The translations under genes and the position numbers were made by a program. DNA of 63,625 bases, the filler included. It is 4 parts of 4 records of this genome, joined end to end, with 100 filler letters (N's around TTAATTAATTAA, not from the genome) between each part and the next. Parts side by side here need not be neighbours in the genome. Positions count along the whole stretch, not along the records: positions 40,033 to 56,362 come from SRR22947725_3049; 3 more parts are not named here. One strand, given 5' to 3'. Positions 39,933 to 50,307 of the stretch are shown here, one piece after another. The notes beneath the pieces were generated by a model, which was given only the letters and a program-made list of their open reading frames with translations, was not told the DNA's origin and did not search any database. Within the stretch, counting starts at the first letter, position 1. The number at the start of each line of letters is the position of its first letter.

Positions 39933-40032
39933 NNNNNNNNNNNNNNNNNNNNNNNNNNNNNNNNNNNNNNNNNNNNTTAATTAATTAANNNNNNNNNNNN
40001 NNNNNNNNNNNNNNNNNNNNNNNNNNNNNNNN
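39933..40032. other. Artificial contig linker
   Basis: Same 100-nt N/TTAATTAATTAA/N spacer; abrupt GC change across it. Confidence 0.98.
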
Positions 40033-40084
40033 ACCGGTGTACACGGATTTGCAATCCGCTGCATAACCACTCTACCAACCCGCC
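40033..40084 (-). tRNA. tRNA-Cys(GCA), 3'-truncated at contig end
   Basis: Reverse complement GGCGGGTTGGTAGAGTGGTTATGCAGCGGATTGCAAATCCGTGTACACCGGT...: D arm, anticodon arm CGGAT-TGCAA-ATCCG, start of T arm. Confidence 0.92.
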
Positions 40085-40266
40085 TCAATGCCTTCAAACC
40101 TTGGTTCTGGGGCGATCACCTGTGCTGCTTTCGCCCTGGTTATGAAGGCGTTTTGAAAGCAGATCGAGTAATCTGCGGCGTTATTGTCTTTTTTACTGCG
40201 CTTGTCCAGTCCGCAATTGTGCTCTTTGGAGGTGGAGGGCGCATTCTTTTTAGTGGCTCACTCTGC

Positions 40267-41979
40267 TCACTGCCGTATGCCGGAAAAGCGTTGGGCCCAG
40301 TCATCACGTTGCTCATCGGTGATTTTGGCGAAGAGGTTTTCGGGCACGGTGAACGCATCGCCTGCCGCGCAGCGGGTGAGCGCTTGGGCGAGGTCTTCGG
40401 GCCAGAGCGGGTCGGTCTGGCCCATCGCCTGGCCCAGGGTTTGCGCCGCATCTGGGATGAAGGGGGCTGAGAGTTGGCCGTAGAGCGCAATGAGGTTGAG
40501 CGACAGGCGGATGATGCCCGCGGCTTCCTCGGGATTGGTTTTATACACGGCCCAGGGTTCTGCGGCTTGCAAATATTCATTGCCTAAAGCCCAGATCGCC
40601 CGCAATTCCGCGGCGGATTTGCGCACTTCTACGGCTTCCATATGGGTTTGATAGGCCTCTAGGCGCGTTTGTAAATCCGCAATCAGCGCGGTTTCACGCG
40701 GGCCATAACTGCCGCCCTCTGGCACGGTTTCGCCGAATTTGGAGCGGCAAAATTTGGTGACGCGAGAGACGAAATTGCCCAGCACATCCGCCAGATCTTT
40801 GTTCACATCCGCTTGGAAATTGTCCCAGGTGAACTCGCTGTCGGAGGTTTCCGGTGCATGGCTGAGAAGCCACCATCGCCAGTAGTCGGGTGGCAGGATC
40901 TCAAGCGCTTGATCCATAAAGATGCCGCGCCCTTGGCTGGTGGAGAACTGCCCACCGTCATAGTTGAGGTAGTTAAATGATTTGATGTAATCGACCAGCT
41001 TCCATGGCTCGCGAGAGCCCAGAATTGTGGCCGGGAATGAGAGGGTGTGGAAGGGCACATTGTCCTTGCCCATAAACTGCACATAGCGCACGTCCGCAGC
41101 GCCTTTATCGGTGCGCCACCAGCGCTCCCAGTCGGCGCCTTTACCGGCATCCACCCATTCGCGGGCGGAGGCGATATATTCAATTGGTGCGTCAAACCAG
41201 ACGTAGAAAACTTTGCCTTCCATTCCAGGCCAGGGCGCATCGCCGCGCCGGACGGGAACGCCCCAATCAAGGTCGCGGGTAATGCCGCGGTCTTGCAATC
41301 CATCACCGTCATTGAGCCATTTTTTCGCGATGGACGTGGTCAGCAACGGCCAATCGGTTTTTTGCGCAATCCAATCACTGAGCTCTTGGCGCAAAGAGGA
41401 TTGCCGCAGATACAGGTGGCGTGTGTTGCGCACTTCGAGGGCGGTCGAGCCAGATACGGCTGAGCGCGGCTCAATGAGATCGGTTGGCTCCAACTGTTTC
41501 GTGCAATTTTCGCATTGATCGCCGCGCGCTTTGTCATAGCCGCAGTTGGGGCAGGTGCCTTCGATATAACGATCTGGCAAAAAGCGCCCGTCCGCGTGGG
41601 AATACACTTGCTGCTCATCGACCTCGGCAATTAAGCCTTGATCTGCAAGACGCCCGGCGAAATGCTGTGTCAGCTCTTTGTTTTGTGCCGATGAGCTGCG
41701 ACCGAAGTGGTCAAAAGACAGGCGAAACCCGTCAGCAATCTTGGCCTGCACCGCATGCATATCGGCGCAATATTCTTCAACCGGCTTGCCAGCTTTCGCG
41801 GCGGCGAGCTCTGCTGGGGTGCCGTGTTCATCGGTGGCGCAGAGAAACAAGACCTCATTGCCTCGCGCCCGATGGTAGCGGGCAAAAAGATCTGCAGGCA
41901 GCTGGCTGCCCACAAGGTTGCCGAGGTGTTTGATCCCGTTGATATAGGGAATGGCTGATGTGATCAGGATACGTTTCAT
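40267..41979 (-). CDS. metG: Methionine--tRNA ligase
   Basis: [16 protein letters not shown], Zn-knuckle CPNC...[28 protein letters not shown]. Confidence 0.96.
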   Translation of the reverse strand: MKRILITSAIPYINGIKHLGNLVGSQLPADLFARYHRARGNEVLFLCATDEHGTPAELAAAKAGKPVEEYCADMHAVQAKIADGFRLSFDHFGRSSSAQNKELTQHFAGRLADQGLIAEVDEQQVYSHADGRFLPDRYIEGTCPNCGYDKARGDQCENCTKQLEPTDLIEPRSAVSGSTALEVRNTRHLYLRQSSLRQELSDWIAQKTDWPLLTTSIAKKWLNDGDGLQDRGITRDLDWGVPVRRGDAPWPGMEGKVFYVWFDAPIEYIASAREWVDAGKGADWERWWRTDKGAADVRYVQFMGKDNVPFHTLSFPATILGSREPWKLVDYIKSFNYLNYDGGQFSTSQGRGIFMDQALEILPPDYWRWWLLSHAPETSDSEFTWDNFQADVNKDLADVLGNFVSRVTKFCRSKFGETVPEGGSYGPRETALIADLQTRLEAYQTHMEAVEVRKSAAELRAIWALGNEYLQAAEPWAVYKTNPEEAAGIIRLSLNLIALYGQLSAPFIPDAAQTLGQAMGQTDPLWPEDLAQALTRCAAGDAFTVPENLFAKITDEQRDDWAQRFSGIRQ

Positions 41980-42036
41980 AATGCCGTCCAAATAAAGTTG
42001 GCCCTATTTAACCCTGTGCGGCCCGAAAGCCCAGCC

Positions 42037-43272
42037 CTAAGGCTTAGAAGATGAGCCGGGATCGCGCAGGATTTTTGTCAGCCGGCCAAGCATGAAGGAG
42101 GTGCGCGGAGCGTAGATATAGGGTGTTTTGGACAGGGCCGTATCGCCAAGCAGCAACCGCAACCCGCCGATGGCTGCCAAAAGCAGATGTGCGATGGCAA
42201 TAAAGATGAAAAAAGAGCCGGTGCCAAATGTTTCAATCAATAGCGCGGCGACGATGGGAGAGGCGATGGCGCCGATGGCATAGTAAAACAAAAGAGCGGC
42301 CGAAAGTTCAACACGTTCATCGGTCGAGGCGAAATCATGGGCATGGGCCGTGGCGACGGAATAGATTGGCACAGTGATAAAGCCAAACAGGCAGGAGGCT
42401 ATGATGACTTGCGTGACGCCGAGCGCGAAAAAGGATAGGGTGCAAGATATGAGCGAGGCAATTGAAATGCCGATGACCACCCAACGGCGATCAAACTTGT
42501 CTGCCAGCCAGCCCGCCGGATATTGCGAAATTGCCCCACCCAAAACGTAGCCGGCAAGAAATAGACCGATTTGTGAGGCGTTCAAATTGAGCTCTGTGCC
42601 ATAGATGGGGCCAACCATTCGATAGGCCGCAGAGGTCAGGCCGCTGACCATAACCGCAAAGACGGCAAGGGGGGAGCGGCTAAGCGCCAAAAGAGGCCGT
42701 AGGCGCGGGGCGGCTTTCGTAATCGGCGGGCTGGCTTTGGTCAGGGCAAGCGGCAAGAGGGAGGCACAGCAAAAGAGCGTCAGGAGGTTATAGGCCAGAT
42801 AGGTCTCAACAGAGGCCAAAGCGCCAATCATCATCTGCGCTCCAAGCGAGGCAGAGATATCTACCACGCGATAAACCGCCATGGTCCGCCCGCGATTGGC
42901 ATTGCTGGCTTTCGCCTGTAGCCAGGCCTCGACCACCGTATAGCAGCCCGCCACACAAAGCCCTGAGGCGACGCGCATCACAGCCCAGGCGGTGGGGTCT
43001 ATGAGCAAGGTATGGCCCAGCATGCCAATGGCGCCCATCGCGGTGAAGACCGCAAAAGCGCGTGAATGCCCCACACTGCCCATCACCCGGGGCGCCCACC
43101 AGCAGCCGATGAAAAACCCAAGGAAATGCGAAGAGCCCAAGATGCCGATTTGCCCCTTGGTAAAGCCCTGTTCAAGCCCTGTGAGGGCGTCCAAGGGGCC
43201 AACCCCACCGGAGGACAGCTGCAAGAGGATGACGGACAAGAAAAGCGCCGCAAAGGATAAAATGAGTCGCAT
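42037..43272 (-). CDS. MFS transporter (YcaD-like)
   Basis: VGHSRAFA, VVEAWL...NRGR, GWLADKFDRR; about 12 TM. Confidence 0.88.
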   Translation of the reverse strand: MRLILSFAALFLSVILLQLSSGGVGPLDALTGLEQGFTKGQIGILGSSHFLGFFIGCWWAPRVMGSVGHSRAFAVFTAMGAIGMLGHTLLIDPTAWAVMRVASGLCVAGCYTVVEAWLQAKASNANRGRTMAVYRVVDISASLGAQMMIGALASVETYLAYNLLTLFCCASLLPLALTKASPPITKAAPRLRPLLALSRSPLAVFAVMVSGLTSAAYRMVGPIYGTELNLNASQIGLFLAGYVLGGAISQYPAGWLADKFDRRWVVIGISIASLISCTLSFFALGVTQVIIASCLFGFITVPIYSVATAHAHDFASTDERVELSAALLFYYAIGAIASPIVAALLIETFGTGSFFIFIAIAHLLLAAIGGLRLLLGDTALSKTPYIYAPRTSFMLGRLTKILRDPGSSSKP

Positions 43273-43365
43273 AGCGCAACCATCTGCCGGCTCTTGCGGA
43301 GTGGCAAGTGGGATTTGATCCTTGGCATGGATTTTTCGGGCTTGGTCAGGTCTTTGGTGGTGGCT

Positions 43366-43989
43366 CTAAACTTGGGGGGGCTGCGTGGCAGAGGTCAGCC
43401 GATAGCGCCCTTCATGCCGCGCCACATGCCAGCGGCGCGGGGGCGCGCTGCGGCTGCGTATGCGGGTGAGTTGCCAGTGGTCCATGCCGGCTTGAGGGAT
43501 GGGGCCCATGTGCCAGCGGCTTTCGATGCCCGGTGCACCGCCCGTGCCGGGGTTGAGCAAAAGAGCCAGCGGGGCACAGCCGCCTTCGCGCGCGCCAGTC
43601 TCGGCCGCCAGATGCAGGCGCCGCACAGGGGTTAGGGCGGGCAGGCCAGGCAGATCGGCCACCACAAGCGGCACGGCGCTGCTGCGCAGGATCTCTTCAA
43701 CGCACCACAGGATATCCTCTGCGCGTTTGGGGCTCACAAAGGTCAGACGCCCAGGAGAGAAAAAAGGGATGACCCCCTCTGCGTGCAGCCGATCTGTGCT
43801 CCACTCTGGTGCCACCCAAAACACAGGCCCTTGTGTATTTTGCGCCACCATCATTGCAAAACTGCGCCGAAATTGGCCGCAAGCCTCATGGGCGCGCGCC
43901 AGCGTCAGGCTAATGCCTGGCCAAAGCTCCAATAGGGCCGCCTTCGGCCTGCGGACAGATGAAATCAGATTCGGGGCATAGGGTGTCAT
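43366..43989 (-). CDS. imuA: ImuA family (RecA-like) SOS mutagenesis accessory protein
   Basis: HEACG, RLTFV...EDILWCVEEILRS, RRLHLAAE, ESRW motifs; upstream LexA box. Confidence 0.85.
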   Translation of the reverse strand: MTPYAPNLISSVRRPKAALLELWPGISLTLARAHEACGQFRRSFAMMVAQNTQGPVFWVAPEWSTDRLHAEGVIPFFSPGRLTFVSPKRAEDILWCVEEILRSSAVPLVVADLPGLPALTPVRRLHLAAETGAREGGCAPLALLLNPGTGGAPGIESRWHMGPIPQAGMDHWQLTRIRSRSAPPRRWHVARHEGRYRLTSATQPPQV

Positions 43990-44006
43990 CTTTATAGGAG
44001 TACATT

Positions 44007-44021
44007 GTTCCCTATTTGTTC
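44007..44021. promoter_or_regulatory. Alphaproteobacterial LexA (SOS) box
   Basis: GTTC-CCTATTT-GTTC (GTTC-N7-GTTC), 17 nt upstream of the imuA ATG. Confidence 0.88.
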
Positions 44022-44088
44022 TCAAGATATTTTCAGCTTGCAGCTTAACAACCTTCGGCTAACTTACCTGCAACAAGGGGACTGTAGA

Positions 44089-45132
44089 ATGAAAATGAAT
44101 GAATTGGGTCGCAGCGGGATTATGATTTCCGACCTCTGTCTTGGGACGATGACTTACGGCACACAGACAGATCAGGCGGATGGCTTTGCGCAGATGGATA
44201 TGGCTGTGGATGCGGGGATCAATATCTTTGATACCGCGGAGATGTATCCCGTCAATCCGATCACGGCGGAGACCCAAGGTGACAGTGAACGCATGGTGGG
44301 CGAATGGTTTCAGGCCAGCGGCAAGCGCAATCAAGTGGTTCTGGCCACCAAACATTCTGGCATGGGGATTAAACATATCCGTGACAGAGCGCCGATCACC
44401 GCCCGCTCAATTCCGGCGGCGATTGACGGCAGCTTAAAGCGGTTGCAGACCGATGTGATCGATCTTTACCAATTCCATTGGCCAAACCGTGGCTCTTATA
44501 TGTTCCGACAAAATTGGAATTATGATCCCTCAAAGCAAAATAAAGCCGAGACGATCCAGCATATGCATGACTGCCTGGGCGCGCTGCAAGACGAAGTCTC
44601 GCGCGGCCGCATTCGCGCTTTTGGCCTGTCGAATGAAAGCGCATGGGGCACGGCGCAATGGCTGCGGGCCTCTGAGGAGGGGCACGGGCCGCGCGTCGCA
44701 TCCATTCAAAATGAATATTCCCTGATGTGCCGCATGTATGACACGGATTTAGCAGAGTTGAGTGTCAATGAGGACGTGGGCCTTTTGGCGTTCTCACCTT
44801 TGGCGACCGGGTTTCTAACTGGAAAATACGCCGCCAATGCGGTGCCGGACGGCAGCCGAATGAGCGTGTCGCCTGAACTGGGCGGACGCAATACGGCCCG
44901 GGCCCATCTGGCGGCCGCAGCCTATATGGAGGTGGCGCAAAAACATGGGCTGGATCCGGTGCATATGGCATTGGCCTGGTGCGCTGGGCGCCCCTTCATG
45001 GCCTCGGTCATCTTTGGGGCCACGACGGCGGCGCAATTGGCGCATATCATCGCGGGCAAAGACATTGAGTTGTCGGACCAGGTGCTTGCAGATCTCAACA
45101 AGACCCATCGCGCCCACCCGATGCCCTATTGA
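44089..45132 (+). CDS. Aldo/keto reductase (Tas-like)
   Basis: CLGTMTYG, FDTAEMYP, LATK, DLYQFHWP, GLSNE, SIQNEYSL, FSPLA.G.LTGKY. Confidence 0.92.
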   Translation: MKMNELGRSGIMISDLCLGTMTYGTQTDQADGFAQMDMAVDAGINIFDTAEMYPVNPITAETQGDSERMVGEWFQASGKRNQVVLATKHSGMGIKHIRDRAPITARSIPAAIDGSLKRLQTDVIDLYQFHWPNRGSYMFRQNWNYDPSKQNKAETIQHMHDCLGALQDEVSRGRIRAFGLSNESAWGTAQWLRASEEGHGPRVASIQNEYSLMCRMYDTDLAELSVNEDVGLLAFSPLATGFLTGKYAANAVPDGSRMSVSPELGGRNTARAHLAAAAYMEVAQKHGLDPVHMALAWCAGRPFMASVIFGATTAAQLAHIIAGKDIELSDQVLADLNKTHRAHPMPY

Positions 45133-45137
45133 GCGGG

Positions 45138-46112
45138 TTAATGGTGACGGCGCAGGGCGCTGATGGATTGACCAAAAGCTTGACGGAAGGCGCGGGCCAG
45201 GCTGGCCTGTGAGGTGAACCCGCAGGCCAGAGCGATCTCTTGCACGTTTTGCGCGCTGTCGATGGCGCGGCGGCGTGCCTCGGACAGGCGCAGCTCCAAA
45301 AAATAACGCCCCGGCGCCCGGCCGGTGGCCGCTTTAAATTCCAGTTCCAATTTGCGGGTGGAGATGCCATTGGCGCGGGCCAGGGCCGCGATTGTCGGCG
45401 GGCTGTCGATGAGGTTTTCCATCTGCTTCAACACGCGCGCAATCCGGGGATGTTTGCTGGAAATGCGGGTTGTGGCAATCATCTGCTGTGGTGCATCGCC
45501 GGTATGCAGCGGATCATAGATAAAGGCCGAGGCCACGCGCTCCGACAAAGCCCGCCCGTGGCGGCAGGTGATGAGATGCAGCATTAAATCAATACAGGGA
45601 GATGCGCCGCCTGTCGTGGCAAAGGGCGCGCTGATGGCATAGCGATCTGGCACCAGATTGACAGATGGAAACCGGCGGGAGAACGCCTCTGCATCCTCCC
45701 AATGGCAGGTCGCGCGGTGGCCATCCAGCAGCCCCGCCTGCGCCATGATCCAACTGCCCCCATCAACGCCCCATAGCTGGCAACCGTCCGCGACGTAGCG
45801 CCTTAGGGCGGCAATCAGGGGCGGGGTGCATTGGGCCTCAAGGCGAAAACCGGCGACAAGGATCAACAGATCCCCTGCAAACCCACGCAGCTCTTCGGTC
45901 TGCACCGTCATGCCCGAGGTGAGATGCACAGGCTGGCCCGCTTGTGATAAAAATTGCCAAGAAAACAGCCTGCGATCGGCCCTGCGGTTGCAGGCGCGCA
46001 TAGGGTCAACAGCTGCGGCAAGCGACAGCGTGTTGCTCTCATCAAGCAGCAAAAGCCCCACATGCAGCGGCTTGCTACCCGCTTGCCAGATGTTATTTGC
46101 GTATTTCATCAA
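45138..46112 (-). CDS. GlxA/CdhR-like AraC family regulator with GATase-like domain
   Basis: AGLLDGHRATCHW, TTGGASPCIDLML, C-terminal AraC HTH IALACGF; divergent from carnitine genes. Confidence 0.88.
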   Translation of the reverse strand: MMKYANNIWQAGSKPLHVGLLLLDESNTLSLAAAVDPMRACNRRADRRLFSWQFLSQAGQPVHLTSGMTVQTEELRGFAGDLLILVAGFRLEAQCTPPLIAALRRYVADGCQLWGVDGGSWIMAQAGLLDGHRATCHWEDAEAFSRRFPSVNLVPDRYAISAPFATTGGASPCIDLMLHLITCRHGRALSERVASAFIYDPLHTGDAPQQMIATTRISSKHPRIARVLKQMENLIDSPPTIAALARANGISTRKLELEFKAATGRAPGRYFLELRLSEARRRAIDSAQNVQEIALACGFTSQASLARAFRQAFGQSISALRRHH

Positions 46113-46182
46113 AGATCATTCGTATATTGGCAAATTTCCTTTTGCAACTCTCTCAGATTACTCAAGACAGAAGGAGAAGATC

Positions 46183-47097
46183 ATGCCCTTAGAAATGAAC
46201 CGTGAGGTCTTTATCACTTGTGCCGTCACAGGCTCAGGCGCGACGCAAGACAAAAGCCCCCATGTGCCGCGCAGTCCAAAGCAAATTGCCGAGAGCGCGA
46301 TTTTGGCCGCCAAATCTGGGGCGGCGGTGGTGCATTGCCATGTGCGCGATCCTAAAACCGGCGCGCCGAGCCGAGATCCGGGAATGTTTCGCGAAGTCAC
46401 TGACCGGATCCGGGATGCTGAGGTTGATGTGGTGCTCAATCTGACGGCCGGAATGGGCGGTGACATGGTTTTTGGCGACGTTGAAACCCCGCTGCCACCG
46501 GTTGCGGGCACTGATATGGCCGGCGCGACCGAACGGGTGGCGCATGTGGCTGAATGCCGCCCGGAGATTTGCACACTCGATTGCGGCACGATGAATTTTG
46601 CTGAGGCCGATTATGTCATGACCAACACGCCCGGCACGCTGACCGCAATGGGCCGGATGATGACCGAATTGGGGGTGAAGCCTGAGATTGAAGCCTTTGA
46701 CACCGGTCATCTTTGGTATGCCAAGCAATTGGTTTCCGACGGGGTGCTTGAAGCCAATGCTTTGGTCCAGCTGTGCATGGGCGTGCCCTGGGGGGCGCCC
46801 GATGATCTCAACACCTTGATGGCCATGGTCAACAATATTCCCGACGGTTGGACCTTTAGCGCCTTCGGACTGGGGCGCCATCAAATGCCGATGGTGGCCG
46901 CTTCGGTTCTGGCCGGGGGCAATGTCCGCGTGGGCTTGGAAGATAATCTGATGCTTGACCGCGGGGTTTTGGCGCAGAACTACCAGCTGGTTGATCGGGC
47001 CGTCAGCTTGATTGAAAACCTGGGCGCGCGGGTCATTGGCCCGGCAGAGGTGCGCGAAAAGCTGGGGCTTGTGAAGCGCGCGCCGGTTGGTAAGTGA
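46183..47097 (+). CDS. cdhC: Beta-keto acid cleavage enzyme (BKACE), probable 3-dehydrocarnitine cleavage enzyme
   Basis: ITCAVTG, HCHVRD, PEICTLDCGTMNF, GNVRVGLEDN; RBS AAGGAG; next to carnitine dehydrogenase. Confidence 0.88.
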   Translation: MPLEMNREVFITCAVTGSGATQDKSPHVPRSPKQIAESAILAAKSGAAVVHCHVRDPKTGAPSRDPGMFREVTDRIRDAEVDVVLNLTAGMGGDMVFGDVETPLPPVAGTDMAGATERVAHVAECRPEICTLDCGTMNFAEADYVMTNTPGTLTAMGRMMTELGVKPEIEAFDTGHLWYAKQLVSDGVLEANALVQLCMGVPWGAPDDLNTLMAMVNNIPDGWTFSAFGLGRHQMPMVAASVLAGGNVRVGLEDNLMLDRGVLAQNYQLVDRAVSLIENLGARVIGPAEVREKLGLVKRAPVGK

Positions 47098-47133
47098 GAT
47101 TTTGAAGTTAATGTAATTAGATAGGGGTTTGCT

Positions 47134-48603
47134 ATGACACAGGTTGCAGCAATCATCGGAGGTGGAGTTATCGGCGGTGGCTGGGCCGCGCGCTTTTTGC
47201 TCAACGGGTGGGACGTGCGTGTCTTTGATCCTGACCCCGAGGCTGAGCGCAAAATTGGCGAGGTGCTGGCCAATGCTCGCCGCTCCTTGCCGGGGCTCTA
47301 TGAGGCCCCCTTGCCCGCCGAAGGGCGCTTGAGCTTTCATTCAGAAATTTCTGAGGCGGTGACCGGAGCCGCCTGGATCCAGGAAAGCGTGCCTGAGCAA
47401 CTGGCTATGAAGCAAAAGGTCTATCGGGCCATTCAAGCCCATTGTGATCCTGCGGCGGTTTTGGGCTCTTCAACCTCTGGATTTAAGCCCTCTGAGCTGC
47501 AAGAGGCGGCCCTGCGCCCGGCGCAAATCATGGTGTGCCATCCTTTCAACCCCGTCTATCTATTACCGCTGATTGAAGTGGTGCCGACAGAGCAAAGTGA
47601 CATCGCGATTGTCGCGCGTGCGGAGGATATTTTGCGTCAGATGGGAATGTATCCTTTGCGGGTGCGCAAAGAGATTGATGCCCATATCGCAGATCGCTTT
47701 TTGGAGGCGGTCTGGCGCGAGGCCCTCTGGCTGATCAAAGATGGCATTGCCACCACCGAAGAGATTGATAATGCCATTCGCTATGGCTTTGGCATTCGCT
47801 GGGCGCAAATGGGTTTGTTTGAGACCTATCGCGTGGCCGGTGGAGAGGCGGGAATGCGGCATTTCATGGCGCAATTCGGTCCGGCTCTTAAATGGCCCTG
47901 GACAAAATTGATGGATGTGCCGGAGTTTACCGATGACTTGGTGGACATGATTTCTGACCAATCAGATGCGCAATCGGGTATGCATTCTATTCGCGAGCTG
48001 GAACGCATCCGGGACAACAATCTGGTTGGTATGATGCGCGCTTTGAAGGCGCAAGACTGGGGCGCTGGAGCGCTGCTTAAGGGGCAAGACCAGCACCTCA
48101 GCGCGCAAGCGGGCATGGTGCGGCATGTGGCGGATCTGCAAGCGGGCGGCTTGACCGAAACCCTGCGCCGTGCGGTGCCTTTGGATTGGACGGATTACAA
48201 CGGCCATATGAATGAAGCGCGCTATTTGCAGGCCTTTGGCGACGCCACCGACCGCTTCATGGAGATCGTGGGCTGTGATGCTGCCTATATTGCCTCTGGC
48301 GGCAGTTACTTCACCGCCGAAACCCATATTCGCCATATTGACGAGGTACATGCGGGCAAAGTGATCCGGGTTGAGACCTATTGTGCCGAAGGGGTGGGCA
48401 AGAAAATGCATCTGTTCCATCAGATGTTTGAGGGGGACCGGCTTTTGGCCACGGGCGAGCATATGCTGATCCATGTGTCGCTTGAAACCCGCAAGGCCAG
48501 TGCGCCATCTGCGCAGGTGGCCCAAAACTTGGAGCGTATTGCAACCGCCCATCGCGCGCTTGCGCGGCCCGAGGGCCTCGGCCGCAGTGTGGGGCGCAAA
48601 TGA
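47134..48603 (+). CDS. cdhA: L-carnitine 3-dehydrogenase fused to a hot-dog thioesterase
   Basis: GGGVIGGGWAARF, QESVPE, HPFNPVYLLPL, IADRFLEAVWRE; C-terminal WTDYNGHMNE thioesterase motif. Confidence 0.9.
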   Translation: MTQVAAIIGGGVIGGGWAARFLLNGWDVRVFDPDPEAERKIGEVLANARRSLPGLYEAPLPAEGRLSFHSEISEAVTGAAWIQESVPEQLAMKQKVYRAIQAHCDPAAVLGSSTSGFKPSELQEAALRPAQIMVCHPFNPVYLLPLIEVVPTEQSDIAIVARAEDILRQMGMYPLRVRKEIDAHIADRFLEAVWREALWLIKDGIATTEEIDNAIRYGFGIRWAQMGLFETYRVAGGEAGMRHFMAQFGPALKWPWTKLMDVPEFTDDLVDMISDQSDAQSGMHSIRELERIRDNNLVGMMRALKAQDWGAGALLKGQDQHLSAQAGMVRHVADLQAGGLTETLRRAVPLDWTDYNGHMNEARYLQAFGDATDRFMEIVGCDAAYIASGGSYFTAETHIRHIDEVHAGKVIRVETYCAEGVGKKMHLFHQMFEGDRLLATGEHMLIHVSLETRKASAPSAQVAQNLERIATAHRALARPEGLGRSVGRK

Positions 48604-49355
48604 ACGGCGTTCTGATTACAGCGGGCGGCAATGGCATTGGCCGGGCGATGGGGCAGGCCTTTGCAGCAGCGGGCTTTCGGGTTTGGGTCACGGATGTGGA
48701 GCCCGCCAGTCTGGAGGCCTGCCCCGCAGATTGGCAAAAAAGCCTGGTTGATGCCAGCGATGAGACGCAGGTCGCCCGGCTGTTTGCGGATATTCAAAAG
48801 ACCTGGGGCCGGCTCGAGGCGATATGCGCCAATGCGGGCATTGCCGGGCCCACGGAGGCGGTGGAAGAGATTGATTTGTCTGCGTGGCAGCGCTGCGTAT
48901 CGGTCAATTTGGAAGGCGCCTTTCTCGCGGCAAAATATGGGGGGCCGATGCTCAAAGCTGCGCGCGGTGCTATTGTTTTGACCTCGTCGACGGCTGGACT
49001 ATACGGCTATCCCAATCGGGCGCCCTATGCGGCGGCGAAATGGGGCATCATCGGCTTGATGAAGACCCTTGCGATGGAATGGGGGCCTGAGGGCGTGCGC
49101 GCCAATGCGATTTGTCCCGGTGCGGTCGAGGGGCCGAGGATGCAAGGGGTGATGGAGCGCGAGGCGGCGGCTAAGGGCACAGATGTGCAGCATATCTATG
49201 ACGGCTATGCTTCTGGAACTTCAATGCGCAGTCTGGTCGCAGCGGAAGATATTGCCAATATGGCCGTGTTTTTGTGCAGTGCTGGGGCACGTTTGGTTTC
49301 GGGGCAGGTCATCGCAGTTGATGGGCACACAGAAAATCCAGATCCAAAGGTCTAA
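48600..49355 (+). CDS. SDR oxidoreductase
   Basis: TAGGNGIG, NAGIAGP, YAAAK, NAICPG motifs; ATGA-coupled to cdhA. Confidence 0.9.
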   Translation: MNGVLITAGGNGIGRAMGQAFAAAGFRVWVTDVEPASLEACPADWQKSLVDASDETQVARLFADIQKTWGRLEAICANAGIAGPTEAVEEIDLSAWQRCVSVNLEGAFLAAKYGGPMLKAARGAIVLTSSTAGLYGYPNRAPYAAAKWGIIGLMKTLAMEWGPEGVRANAICPGAVEGPRMQGVMEREAAAKGTDVQHIYDGYASGTSMRSLVAAEDIANMAVFLCSAGARLVSGQVIAVDGHTENPDPKV

Positions 49356-50212
49356 TCGGCCACTGCACCCAGCTCTTGCAACAGGCCGTCGATGACTGCG
49401 GGCAGGTCACGCGAGCCTATTTCCGCTTCACGGATGAGCCCGTCGAAATGTTGGCTCAGCGCTTGGATGCGATCAGGCACGCGAAACACCAAATATTTTT
49501 GCCCGAGGTAGATCACAGCGCATAAGGGGCCGAAGATGGTAATCGGTGCCGAGTAAATTTTGCGGGCGTCAAATAAAGAGACCCGCATCACCGGGTAAAG
49601 TTGCGCGGCCAGACGGGCCAAATGTTTGAGCTGTTCAATGCGAATGTGCCGAGGGCAACCGCTGTAATAGCCTTCGGCACGGGCGAAGGCCTGCAACTCG
49701 TGGATGGGCAGGGCAATTTCATAATCTGATTGCGCTTGATGCATCCAATTGAGTCGATCTTCGGCAGAGGCAATTGCGAGATCGATGGTGTGTCCAAGGC
49801 TGGGGGCATATTCCCATTCCAGCATCGGGCGAATTTTGACCATATCAGGCAATCCGGCGGGCACATGGCGGATTTTATATCCTGCCGCCTCTTGATGCCA
49901 AGCAAAAATCTGAGCGTCGATCAGCGCGCGTGGTGCATCGACCATGGTCATGGCCTGCGCCAAAATTTGCGGGAGGGAGTCCGGTTGATCGGACAGCCCC
50001 AAGAGCCAATCGGCAGAAACGCCAAGGCTTTGAGCGCATTGGGCCACCAATTGTCCATTGGGCAGTCGCGCTGTCGTGCCCGACAGGATTTGTGACAGGG
50101 TTGAGCGGTCCGCCCCGGTTTTGCGCGCGAGGCTTGACTGCGTCTCACCGCTGAGGGCCATGGCCTGTTGCAGCCGATGGCGAAAGAGATCGGAACGGGC
50201 GCGCTTGTCCAT
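49352..50212 (-). CDS. XRE-family HTH transcriptional regulator with a large C-terminal domain
   Basis: QSSLAR.TGADRSTLSQIL...LGVSADWLLGLSD. Confidence 0.85.
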   Translation of the reverse strand: MDKRARSDLFRHRLQQAMALSGETQSSLARKTGADRSTLSQILSGTTARLPNGQLVAQCAQSLGVSADWLLGLSDQPDSLPQILAQAMTMVDAPRALIDAQIFAWHQEAAGYKIRHVPAGLPDMVKIRPMLEWEYAPSLGHTIDLAIASAEDRLNWMHQAQSDYEIALPIHELQAFARAEGYYSGCPRHIRIEQLKHLARLAAQLYPVMRVSLFDARKIYSAPITIFGPLCAVIYLGQKYLVFRVPDRIQALSQHFDGLIREAEIGSRDLPAVIDGLLQELGAVAD

Positions 50213-50307
50213 ATTTGTCACTTTTGATGATTTTAATTAACGTACATGATTAAAATTACACAATTCTCTAAATTCCACAAGGAGGCAAAAGGATCTACTC
50301 TGCGCCC

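Noticed and set aside
44005-46182. Long N-terminal extensions of the aldo/keto reductase (from 44005) and BKACE (from 45826) in the ORF track
   Set aside because: They overlap the LexA box or the divergent regulator; downstream ATGs at 44089 and 46183 have RBS-like sequences and family-typical N-termini.
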